Position numbers and translations under genes: made by a program. The notes under the pieces were generated by a model. It saw only the letters and a list, made by a program, of their open reading frames with translations, had not been told where the DNA came from and ran no database searches. A DNA stretch of 64,000 bases from Eledone cirrhosa (lineage: Eukaryota): contig OZ024743.1 of NCBI GenBank assembly GCA_964016885.1, positions 188,480,001-188,544,000 of the forward strand, given 5' to 3'. Shown here one piece after another: positions 26,244 through 38,100 of the stretch (positions are counted from its first letter, which is position 1; each line of letters begins with the position of its first letter).

Positions 26244-26685
26244 CAATGATATTAAATAAATGGAAACTATATTTATTCTATTATATATATTTCAAGGGTA
26301 CCAAAACTTTGGTACGCTATCATCAGATAAAATACAAAGTGTGTTTTATAAATTTTGACATTACCAAGGAAAATGTCTTAACGGTTCAAGTTTTCCTTCA
26401 AGTTTTCACTCCACTATCTAAGGAAAACTTGAACCATTAAGATATTTTCCTTGGTTATGTCAAAATTTATAAAACACACTTCGTATTTTATCTGATGAAA
26501 GCGTACCAAAGTTTTGGTACCCTTGAAATATATATAATAGAATAAATATGGTTTTATAAATATAGTTTCCATTTATTTAATATCATTGAATATTATACTC
26601 CAGAAAACTTGTCGAGTGCTCTGAATCAGTTATAAACATTTATATTTGTTGAATTACCAACAAATTGTACATTCCTCCTGCTTAT
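26244..26685. mobile_element. Palindromic Penelope-like end (family P5) between (TA)n tracts
   Basis: Arms about 26244-26398 / 26420-26588. Confidence 0.8.
26484..26544 (+). ncRNA. Minimal type I hammerhead ribozyme (mirror at 26274-26334, minus)
   Basis: tattttat CTGATGA aagcgtaccaaa-gt-tttggtaccctt GAAA tatata TA atagaata; stem I tattttat/atagaata. Confidence 0.75.
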
Positions 26686-26764
26686 ATATATATACAGTCA
26701 GTAGGCACCTGTAACAAAATACACCAACCGTCCCACTACCCCCACCCCATCCACACCACCCCTT

Positions 26765-27065
26765 TCAATGTAAAGTTATGTTGGTGTCACAACATCCAGC
26801 CCGAAACAAATGAGGTCGTGTAGGTGTCACGACAAAAAAAACACACAGTCCACACTGTAATGTGGCCGTGTAGGTAACACGGTAAAAACCTCCCAGTTCC
26901 ACACTGTAAATGTGATTGGTGTTAGGAAGGGCATCCAGCCGTAGAAAACCCACCAGACACTCCTATGCGAGCAAGACAACCACTCTTGCCTCAAGTGGGC
27001 AAACTCCCATCCAAACCCATGCAAGCGTGGAATATGGACGTTAAACGATGATGATGATGATGATG
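26765..27065 (+). mobile_element. RTE LINE 3' tail fragment
   Basis: 48-bp-unit remnants, 'gttaggaagggcatccagccgtagaaa' and 'ggacgttaaacgatgatgat'. Confidence 0.8.
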
Positions 27066-27079
27066 ATATATATATATAT

Positions 27080-27642
27080 AAGTATGTACAGGTACATACA
27101 TATATGTATACAGACGTACAGTAGTATGTATATATATATATACATACATGCACACATATATATATGTACGTATGGATTCACCGAACATTTATTATAATGC
27201 TCGGTGTGTTAGTAAACAAACATCCCATATTAAGCCGTAGTGTCTAGCAACCATCGTTGCTCGTTTGTTCAACACTGACGAAGGAACGCTGTACTAGTTT
27301 CAAGCTTATTAGCTATCGTCAGCAACGTATACCTTCCTGCCAGATTGTTGAACGTATATACTTACCTTATGCATATTAACGGCTGAGTAGTCCAATTTGC
27401 ATATCGAGTGGGTTAATCGGTCGGGTGCACCGAAAACGATAAATGGAAAAAATGAAACGAAATTTCATTTCCCACTCTTAGTACGGCTGTTACTTAAATA
27501 TAAGTATGTACACGTACATACATATATGTATACAGACGTACAGTAGTATGTTTATATATATACATACATGCACACATATACATATTTAAGTAACAGCCGC
27601 ACTAAGAGTGGGAAATGAAATTTCGTTTCATTTTTTCCGTTT
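27080..27642 (-). mobile_element. Penelope-like end family P4 (tandem plus inverted pieces)
   Basis: Direct repeat 27080-27165 / 27500-27580; inverted repeat 27441-27500 / 27583-27642; contains an HHR. Confidence 0.75.
27287..27327 (-). ncRNA. Minimal type I hammerhead ribozyme
   Basis: cgttg CTGACGA t-agc-taataa-gct-t GAAA ctag TA cagcg; stem I cgttg/cagcg, palindromic stem III. Confidence 0.8.
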
Positions 27643-27649
27643 ATATATA

Positions 27650-28962
27650 TATATATAGTTGAATATATGCACAGAGAACAAAAAACAGAGAGGCAGTGCA
27701 AATGATATTGTTTTTAGTTTCACGCTTGAGAGTGGGTAGGAAGAGAGTTTCGAGGGTGTGTGGGCGATGGTGGAAAGACATTTAAAAAAAGGGGGGAGGG
27801 AGAAAAGGGAGGAAAAACAATTTTTTAGCGAGTAAAGGACATTTTTTAAAAGTACAAATAAAAATAAAAATAAAAATAAACAAGGGGTGAAAGGGTGTGA
27901 GGTGTGTAGGGGTGGTGGTGGGTAGAGGGGAGAGTGGGGTCCGAGCGGGGAGGACTGAAGGTGGAGTCCAGAGACTAAGTGTGAGTATACGGGTGAGGAT
28001 ACGTTGGGTGGAGGGGGAAGCGGAGGGGTAGGTGTGGAAGCGCAGTCGGACACCGAGGGGGATAAGGTGGAAGTGGAAGCAGCGGCTGAGGAAATGGATG
28101 TGGCTGGAATGCCTGGTTTTGGTGAAGAGAAGGTAGGAGAGCTGGAGGGCTGAAGGGGGATAGCAGTGTTGGAGGAGGGGAGTGAGGAAATGTTTAAGGC
28201 GGGTGTGGAGTTGGTGGAGAAAGGATTTCTGGCTGGGCATGGGTGTGGGTGTAAAGCAGAGGGAGGGGGCGAAGTATGTGGTGGTGGGGAGGTAGAATGA
28301 AGAGGTAAGTGCAAAAAAGGGTAAACAGAGACGGGGGAGGGAAAATCAAAACAAAATTATCATAAGGAGGGGAAATATAAACAAAGAATCAAAGACAAAA
28401 AATCATAAGCAGAAATAAACAAATAGAAAAATAAAAGTGAAATAATCAAGAAATAAAATAGGAAAAAATTAAACAGGGACAAAAAAGGTATAGTGGGAGA
28501 GTTTGGGGAAAGAAGTTCAGAGGTTGGTCACGGCAGATTAAATCGGGGTTGAGCCGGTGGTTAAGGTGGTAGTCCAAGGTGGTGTGGAAGCCGTGTAAGC
28601 GTGTATAGTATAGTTTAATAAATGCAGAGAACAAAAAACAGAGAGGCAGTACAGACGATATTGTTTTTACTTTCACGCTTGAGAGTGGGGGGTGGGGGAC
28701 GACGTTTCGGGCATAAGCCCTTCATCAGGAGAATAGTGGGTGGGAAGAGAGTTCCGAAGGTATGTGGGGGAGTGGTGGAAAGACATTAAAAAAAGTGAGG
28801 GGGGGGATGAAAAAACAATGTTTTTAGAGAGTAAAGGAAATTTTTAAAAAGTACAAATAAAAATAAACAAGAGGTGAAAGGGTGTGAGGCGTGTAGGCGT
28901 GGTGGTGGGTAGAGGGGGGAGAGGGGAGAGGGAGGCGGGTCCAAGCGGGGAGGGCTGAAGGT
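27650..28962 (-). mobile_element. Non-autonomous Penelope-like element with ~310-350-bp direct repeats (family P6)
   Basis: Repeats 27655-27962 and 28610-28962. Between them the minus strand reads HIHFLSRCFHFHLIPLGVRLRF, resembling a PLE N-terminal HxxFLxxCxxxxLIPxG motif. Confidence 0.65.
28698..28736 (-). ncRNA. Minimal hammerhead ribozyme core
   Basis: CTGATGA a-gggc-ttat-gccc GAAA cg TC; stem I is degenerate. Confidence 0.65.
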
Positions 28963-29074
28963 GATGTTAGTACATGGGTGTAGGTCTACGTGTGTATGTG
29001 TGTGTGTGTGTGAATGTAAGAGTTGGGGGAAGAACGAGATTTCCATATGTATGTGTGTATGTATATATATATAT

Positions 29075-29362
29075 ATCATCATCATCACCGTTTTACGTCT
29101 GTTCTTCCACGCTAGCATGGGTTAGACGGGTTGTCCTGTTGTGGCCAGTGTCCAGTCGGCTGCCCTTGTCTTGCTCATACAGGAACTCATAATGGCTTGA
29201 TATCTACAGATGGATGCCCTTCCTAACACCAACCTCATTTACAGTGAGTGTTGGGTGCATTTTGCACTGGAAGGGGGGGGGGGATATTGTCTATATGCTT
29301 CAGCATCGGCTTGTTGCCATGGTAAGTTGGGTCTTCTGTATTACTGTGTGACGCCAAATGTC
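29075..29362 (-). mobile_element. RTE LINE 3' tail, inverted relative to its neighbour
   Basis: Reverse complement of 54255-54580 sequence, ending in (GAT)n. Confidence 0.8.
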
Positions 29363-29369
29363 ACTGCCG

Positions 29370-30826
29370 TAAAGGTTGGTGTTCATCAGAGCTCTGTCCT
29401 TAGGCTCCTCCTATTTATTATTGCCCTTCAGGCTATAACAGAGGAGTTTAAGACCAGCTGCTCATGGAACTCCTATACGCAGATGATATAACTCTCATAG
29501 CTGGATCGATGGCTGAACTAGACAAGAAATTCCAAACATCGAAGCGTGGCCTAGACTTAAAAGGCCTTAAAGTTAACTTGTCTAAGACTAAAGTTCTAGT
29601 ATGTAGAAAGGAAAATAGGGCACAGGTGCCCTCTGGGAGATGGCCATGCTCAGGGTGTAGGAAAGGAGTAGGTAGAAATTCCATTTTATGTCCCAAATGC
29701 AAACTATGGGTACATAAAAGATGTAGTCGGATCACAGGTAAACTATCTAAGAACATAGATTTTATATGTGGCCGATGCTCAGGTGCAATAATTAGCAGGT
29801 GCCCACAGGATACTAGCTCCTTCTATTGCCCAGATGGTTCTATAGAAATAGTGGACACTCTCCGTTATCTGGGTGACAAAATCAGCAGTGGAGGAGAGTG
29901 TTCTGAAAGTACAGTAGTCAGAGTCAGAACGGGATGGAAAAAGTTCAGAGAGCTTATACCACTGTTGGCCACAAAAGGTTTCTCTCTAAAAATGAAAGGC
30001 AGATTGTATGATGTTTGTATACGAACAGCAATGCTACATGGCAGTGAGACATGGGCATTATGTGCAGAGGACCTGCGTAGACTGGAAAGGAATGAAGCAT
30101 ACATGTTCTGTTGGATGTGTAATAGTAATATACGTGAATGGCAAAGCATAAATGAACTAAGTGAGAAATTAGGAATAAGAGGGATCAGATGCTGTTTATT
30201 TGAGAAAATACTACATTGGTATGGTCACGTGATGTGCATGAAAGATGACAGTTGTATAAAAAAGTGCAGGGCGATCAAAATTGATGGAAGTTACGGAGTA
30301 GGTAGACCCAGAAAAACCTGGGATGATTCGATAAATTCCGACCTTACACACTTGCACCTCTCTAAGACAATGTCACTGAACCAAGATCTTTGGCGTCACG
30401 CAGTAATACAAAAGACCCACCTTGCCTATGTACAAAGCGAAACCTACACCCCAATCCACTACCCTTACTCAATCCTCCCACTCCCACCAACACCATCTTC
30501 TCTCTGTAAAGTTGGTACCACAACATCCAGTCCAAACAAATGAGATAATGAGATTAAGATAGAGATTGTGTAGGTGTCACAACAAAAAAGACACACAGTC
30601 CACACTGTAATGTGGCCGTGTAGGTAACATGTTAAAAAGTTCCCAGTCCACACTGTAAATGTGGTTGATGTTAGGAAGGGCATTCAGCTGTAGAAAACCT
30701 GCCAGATAGTCCTATATGAGCGAGACACAGTCACCCGACCAAACTTGCTTTAAATTGGGACAACTCCATTCTAACCCATGCTAGCGTGGAAGAGTGACGT
30801 TAAACGATGATGATGATGATGATGAT
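29370..30826 (+). mobile_element. 5'-truncated RTE LINE (RT C-terminus, PHD-like finger, 3' UTR)
   Basis: ORF 29464-30543: LYADDI, WPCSGCRKGVGRNSILCPKCKLWVHKRC, YLGD, LHGSETW, GRPRKTW; (GAT)n tail. Confidence 0.92.
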
Positions 30827-30858
30827 ATATATATATAATTATATACATATACATATAT

Positions 30859-30941
<83 letters not shown>

Positions 30942-33691
30942 AAATTATATTTATATATATATATATATACATACATACATTGCATTAAGGTTTTTCAAAG
31001 GTCACACTGTTGCCAAATGAACTGTCAAATCTATTTCCTATCTCAGAAAAGCTAATCAACGCAAAGGCGCCTAAACTTCTGTTTCCTTTCAGAGTGGCGC
31101 ATTACTAATTATGGCCATTAAGCAACAGCAAACTATGTGACAACACAGTTATTATTTCAGTACACATATCAAATTATATATTGTTGCTAAATCAAACAAT
31201 GCATTATTTCATTGAACCAGTGATGAAGCTGCTAACTAGTCACAGCCTACCAATCTAGTAGACAAATTTTCCTCATCAAACATCCTACTATATCTTGTTA
31301 TTAATATAGCTGATTACCTTCATGTAATACAAAACACATGAAGAGAGTAATATAGTTTTTTCTGAAAGCCATAAATAATATTAAACCCTGTGTAAAGCTG
31401 GTAATAGGACCCATTTTACTTAAATGTTCCTTAAATACAGATGACTTCTTTCTTTCTTATATGTATTGTACATGATGTACTTACAACTAATAGGAAATAA
31501 TTTTTAGAACTAAATATTTGGGGGAGTATGCACTCTTATAATTGTATGTCTAGGTCCACTGGCTTCTTCCACTGGCCTCTTCACAATTCTGACCTGCTAA
31601 TATTAACCACACATAACTCATAAATCTAAGAGTATGTCAATACAACACATCCTTATCTACTCCCTACAACTAGCACTTGTGTCAGGTACAATGACCATTG
31701 AGCCATATATCTAGTTTCAACAATGCCCTAAATTAATCAGCAGTTATGCAACCACAATCCTCTATCATGACTGTGGATTTTGAAAGATGCTTATAGTTCA
31801 TTCTCTCAGACATTTTCCAGATTATGATTTGATTGGAAAACTCTGGGAATTACCAACTGTGCTTGGCAAACTGCAGCCATCTTCCTCATATCTTGCTGGT
31901 CAACTGGTGAAAGTCTCTATAAATCTGCTGATTAGTCACTACATACATCTTTAAAACTGTCCTGGTTCTTTCCATTCTGAATGTAAATCTTGCTGTATCC
32001 TACCTGGTGCAGCTGTGAACTTAATTAGTTGCTCAGTTTAATACAACCACATATCTTTTTAGCAGAGACCACTTAACTGCAAACATTTGTGGTCCCTGTT
32101 CATGGACACTGTCATTTATTCTGATCAAGTGATTAAAAACTACACTTTATATTACTATACACAACTACAAATGTTACCTATTTTTCCACCAGACAATATG
32201 CCTCAAACATTCTGACAAAAACTGCAATATACAATAATCTCATTCTTATGTTTGCATCATATAGTGAAATAAATATAACATAGATGATATTTCAGATGAT
32301 GCAATATTATCTCAATATGACTAAAAACATAATCAAACTCTACCATCTTAAATCAAAGTACACATGAATACTGCATCATCATCATCATCATTATTTACAT
32401 TCATTTTGCTTTGCTTGTGTGGGTTGGACTGGTCTGTTCTAAACAGCAGCTCTCCATACGTCACAATCCTTCATCATCTCTACTATGAGTTTCAGTGATT
32501 TGAGATCAGCTCTTACCACTTCTACGTTAAATTAATATCTGTGCATATACAGTACAGTTTAACCAAGATTGCATAAATCTGTATACAAATATACATATTC
32601 AATTTATAGACATATAAACAAATCAAACTTACATATTTCCTTTCAATTGAAAAATGATAAATATTCATAATTAATTTCTGACTCTAATTGGGTCTTCACC
32701 ATAGAATAAGTACATCAAACAATGTCAAGGATATATGTGATTAATTGTTTTATATACCATTATAAATGTATTATCAATCATCTACATATTAGTTTGCATA
32801 TCTTTAGCATTTATTTTGGTAGTAAAGTTTAGTTTTATGTACATATTCGCTGATGACCCTAATCAGGGTCAAAAATTAATTGAGAATATCCATAACTTTT
32901 TCAATTTACAGGCAAATATTTGATAGTTTTACATGTTTATATACTGAATGTGTATATTTAAATGTGCATATATACTGTCATGGTTAAACTCTGTAATGTA
33001 TATGTATAGATACAAATTTAATGTGAACTTCGTCTGCCTCATGTACAATGATGTAGAATGTAGTCTATTGTTTGAAAAAATGGTTGGCGAATTATGAAAG
33101 CTGGAATGCTAAGAATAATTGGGTTGCTCACTTAAGAATGACATTGGTCTTAACACCAACAACAATTACCCTATCAAGCAATAAAGAAAGCCTTTAGAAA
33201 AGCACTCAATCTGTTAGAAATAGCAAATACATATTTTATAAATCCAATCTGCTGCCTAAATTTGAAACGAACACATTAAATTATATAATTGTCAATACCG
33301 GTACAAGAGTAAAATGGCTACAACAGGAATGCATTCAAATTTTAGGTGTACTCAAGTACAACTGACCTTGTAAAAAAAAAAAAGACAAACAAACAAAAAC
33401 AATAACAAAGATATGTTAAGTATGAATCCTTAACATATCTTTAATAAAAGAATTGTATAGAAAAATTATTTATCTAATTCTCTTCAGTCAACCTACTTAT
33501 TATCATTTGACTATACATATCAACAACAAACAAAACAACCTACATTCATTCACCAATTTTACAATAGAACAATACACAAGTTCAGTATATAACCTTACTT
33601 GTGGCTTAAAAAACAAATATACAATATTTAAAATTAGTCAATCTAGACAACAATGTCTGATAAAATTCACTGATAAAATTGTATTAAAGTA

Positions 33692-33871
33692 TTAAAGAAG
33701 CATAATAAAAATGGTAATATCTAAAATTCCAATCTCAGCATGTTTATAAGTTAAAATCTTAGAACATCCATTGTTGCTTTGATCCTGAGAATGACATATA
33801 ACTAACTCTGTTTGAATCTGACTGTTAAAAAATGATAAAAGTTCTTCCCCATTTGACAGTTGGAATAACAT
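33692..33871 (-). CDS. Candidate small ORF (59 aa, MLFQLSNGEELL...) in a putative spliced exon; unknown product
   Basis: Polypyrimidine tract plus AG acceptor at 33891-33892, 'ggcaaaATG' context, apparently non-repetitive sequence, possible ATTAAA near 33441. Confidence 0.3.
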   Translation of the reverse strand: MLFQLSNGEELLSFFNSQIQTELVICHSQDQSNNGCSKILTYKHAEIGILDITIFIMLL

Positions 33872-34259
33872 TTTGCCTGTAAATGGTGTTCTAAAAAATA
33901 ATAATAATAAAAATAAAAATAAAAAGCAGTCTTTTTCATGCAATCATTGAAAACTAAAAACAAAACATTATGAGAATCTATAATTCATCAAAACAACACC
34001 AAATTAATAAAATCAAGAAACATTGAGACATGAAATATCAATGACAAACAACAGAACTAAATAATAAAAATCAGGTACAGGCAAGATTGTATGGTTAAGA
34101 ATTTTGCTTGGCAACAAACATGGTTCTGGATTCATCCCTACTATTTAGCATTTAGGGAATATGTTCCTATTGTGACCATGAGTTAGCCAACACTTTTGTA
34201 GATGAAATGTGTGCAGAAGCCCAACAAACACACATATACTCACACATACATATAGGCAT

Positions 34260-34592
34260 CATCATTATTATTATCCTCATTTAACATCTATTTTCCACGC
34301 TAGCATGGGTTAGACAGGTTATCTTACTCATACAGACCCGTTTTGGGTTTAATTTCTACAGCTGAGTGCCCTTTCTAATGTTGACTGCATTTACAGGAGT
34401 GGGTGCCTTTTATCGTGGCACCAAAACGATCACTTTACAGTGTAGATTGGGTGAATTTCGTCATGACACCAACATAAACCCTATACAGTGTGGACTGGAT
34501 GCTTTTTGCATGTCACCAACACAACCACTTTAGAGTGTGAGCTGGGTTCATTTTGTTGTGGCATCAAAATGACAACTTTACAGAGTAGACTG
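34260..34592 (-). mobile_element. RTE 3' tail fragment with 48-bp unit remnants
   Basis: 'ttccacgctagcatgggtt' and repeated 'cactttacagtgtagactgg'-like units. Confidence 0.7.
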
Positions 34593-34613
34593 ACATATAT
34601 ATAATATATAATA

Positions 34614-34664
<51 letters not shown>

Positions 34665-35006
34665 TACAATAACAGAGAAAGCTTTAAGCTAAACTCCGAC
34701 TGGTAACCATCTCACTCAACAAACATTAGGTTGTACGTTAGTATAAACCCAATTTAAGTGTTTGGGGTGCTAACTATATGTATTTTGTGGAAAGCCAGTT
34801 GTATTATTTTATATGAGATATAATTAAAGTTAAAATATATCTCTCTTTCCAAACAATTGTTTCATTATAAGTTTTCTACAAGTTTGGAGAATGTTTCCAG
34901 TTTATGTAGAAGCCTAACATATTTTCATGTAAGAAAATATTTAGGTGGGCACTTATAAATCGTCAGTGGACGCCATTAAACTTTGATATAAGAAAAAATT
35001 CCTTAC

Positions 35007-35170
35007 CACAGTTAATTTTCGTGTCCACTAAGTTGTCCCTTCACGCATCGAATGACCGCCAAATTTGAAATTCCAGCAGTCTTTTGACTGAGGAAGTATC
35101 ATAGCGTCACGAAGCAGAAAAGGGAGATAACCACGAGTCACGAGAAAAGTAAAATAATATACACGTGGGT
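35007..35170 (-). promoter_or_regulatory. Candidate promoter and short non-coding first exon
   Basis: Locally CpG-rich non-repeat patch (two tcgtgac motifs, cacgtg E-box) ending in a donor tgtg|GTAAGG at 35006. Confidence 0.4.
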
Positions 35171-38100
35171 TAATTAGTTTTTTCAAAAACATTATCAATC
35201 CAGCGTGTTAAGAACTCAATATATATATATATATATATATAATTAGAAACAGGGGAAGAAGAGTATGGAGAGAGAGAGAGGGAGAAATTAGGGTGTAATA
35301 TTTTCTGGTCAATCAATTACACAGAAACTCCTCTACTGGACTGTGTAGCATTCATTTCCTAATTGATAAGAAATTTACTGATTGAAATTTAGTGCCTACA
35401 TTGACAATTGACTACATAGCTCCTACTTTGACTGAAACTATACATCCCTCTACATTTCAGTAAATAAATGAAATGTACTAAACATAAAAGGTTACTATTA
35501 CTTTCTGTACCACTATTCTTCAACTGTAATCATCATTTGTCTCTGCCATGTAATACAGGAATATTTGAGGCAGAAACCTATAGCATGAAGATTCAGGTTT
35601 GATTGATGAATAATTACTTGATTAGCATCCTTCAAATTACCAGGTTACTGTCATTGGAAAGGGAAGAAAATTGAATGAATTCATTATAAATGTTCCAAAT
35701 ATTTAGGAAAATCAATACTATAGGTTGAGAATTGTAGCTGAAGAATGCATAAAAGAATTAAGTATAAAGATTTTACAACTATTTATTGAATGTGTGATAC
35801 TGGCTGTTCTACTTTATCAAACTTCTGCGACTGATACTCTGACCTCTTCATAAAAACAAACCTGTTTTTTGTTCCAGTCATATATTTTAGTCAAATTTAT
35901 TTATGATACAAGCTCAACAAACTAGATATAATCAAACTGCATGCTATAGTTGGGCTCCTAATCCAATACTATAAGTAGAAATCTTGTGAACAATCTTAGC
36001 TTCATATTCATTAATATTGTGAGCTAGATTTAGGTAATTTCAACATAACTTAAAATTTCAATGAAGAAAGTATAGCTTGGATTTCTGTGATTCATATCTC
36101 AAATGCACACACTAACTCACATGCGCACATACATACAAACATACATACATATATACATGAGGATTGCAGTGTCTTCACATGATTGCTGTCTCTTATTAAT
36201 TCTTCATTAGAATTCCATCTGCATCAATGTCTTCATAGGCCAGCTGTTTGGTTTATGACACAGGTGACAGAAGAGAGTTGTGCTTTCCACAGGACCGGTG
36301 GTGTCACCCTGTGGGACACAATCTTTATGTACCACCATGTGTTTTTTAGTCTGGGGTGTAATCGACTGTAGTCTAGATAACCGCTAACGAGCGAGCAACA
36401 GGACTGTCACTTACTCCCCTTTGTTTTTACAGAGAATAAGTAAGTGACATAGTCACTACTTTAAAATTCATAGCAAATGGTCTTCAAAATGTTTTTAAAT
36501 AAACATACAGTATATTATCAAATATGTTATACATACATTCATATATACATCGCTATTTCAGAGCACCAAAATCAATAGCTAATTTTTGCTGGACCAGCAA
36601 CTGCTGTTTAATCAGCTCTTAAACATTACTAGAATTCTATAAGATTCCAGCTTCTATAATACTCGGCAGAAACATCAATACTAATAAAATTATTATTATT
36701 ATTATTTTTTTTTTGATAATTAGCAAACCATAAGGTTTAATGTTTGAAAGTCATCTTTAATCTCTAATTTTGCATTACTGGTGGCCCAATTTTAAGTGAT
36801 ATACTTTTAAAAAGTTCAACTATGAAATGAAATCAAATGCTAATTAAGTCACATTACATGTGTATGTATCCATCAAATATATACATGTACACAAGGTATG
36901 AATACAAATGAACCAAACCCCCACTGTCACTGCCCCCGTCTCTCCCAATCTCCCCATCTGTCACTATTATCAGCAAATGGGGGCCCTCACACTGGCCACC
37001 CCATGGCCCTAGCAGACAGAATGGACAAGGTGTTTTCCTGGAGGATGGTGAGGGAGATAACTTGATAGAGATTACAATCACAGCTTCACAGAAAGAAAAC
37101 CTTTGAAAGCAGAGAACATTGTATCATTTTTGAAATTCTATTACTTAAGTTTTGCCATGATATTGTACATTTCTAAATCCAGTTACAAAAGCAAAGAAAA
37201 CATAATCTTAACATTGAAATGTACAAACATTTGATTTAATTATCAATTCTCAAATATACTATTTTTAATGCCTGCTTCTTTCAGAATTTGAAACTCATAT
37301 TTAGAGAAGGTAATATTGCCTTCTTTAAGTCTTGTCATTCTTTGTACATGAAATATCATTCATACTTAAGATTTTGTGCAGATATAAAAACATTATGGCA
37401 GGTTAGATATTTTACTTTATGAATATCTGGATTTCCATAGAGAAAATAATAAGATTTTTTTTCTTTTAAATATCAATAATAGGATTTAGAATATAATATA
37501 TATTCCTTTCTTTTCTTTTATTCTCTTTTAGGCAATGAAATAATAAACGATATTCCACTTTATTCACCACATTATTGCAGCATAGATTTATTTAATGTAA
37601 TTAATTTCAATAAAAGAATTTTAGGAATTGTATTATCTTCATGGAAAATACTTTACTAAATCTAAATATCAGCATAATAGATTATCATCATTATTAGTAG
37701 TAAAATATTTATATCCATTTGTATACAGAACAATCGTATAACAACTACCAATTTATCACTAACTAAAAGTAATTATATTTGGAGGAAAACATTATTTTCA
37801 TATGTGGTTAAGATGATTTTAGAAACAATATCTCAATTAACAAACCCCATTTATATTCATTGGCCTGCCAGACAATTTATTTCAACACTGTATTTCTTCC
37901 ATATATTTGAGTACATTACAAAAACATCATTAAGTATATTAACAAAACAAACCTATAGGCATATGTTTATACATAATAATTAAATTGATGAAAATATACT
38001 CACATATTGTTTTGAATATATTGCAAAATACATACCAAATTACCCTAGAAAATAAACGTATACACAAATACTTAAAAAGCTTTATATACATGTGTGTGAA

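Noticed and set aside
27628-28314. 228-aa Pro/Ser-rich ORF as a host gene
   Set aside because: Low-complexity alternative frame within the P6 element.
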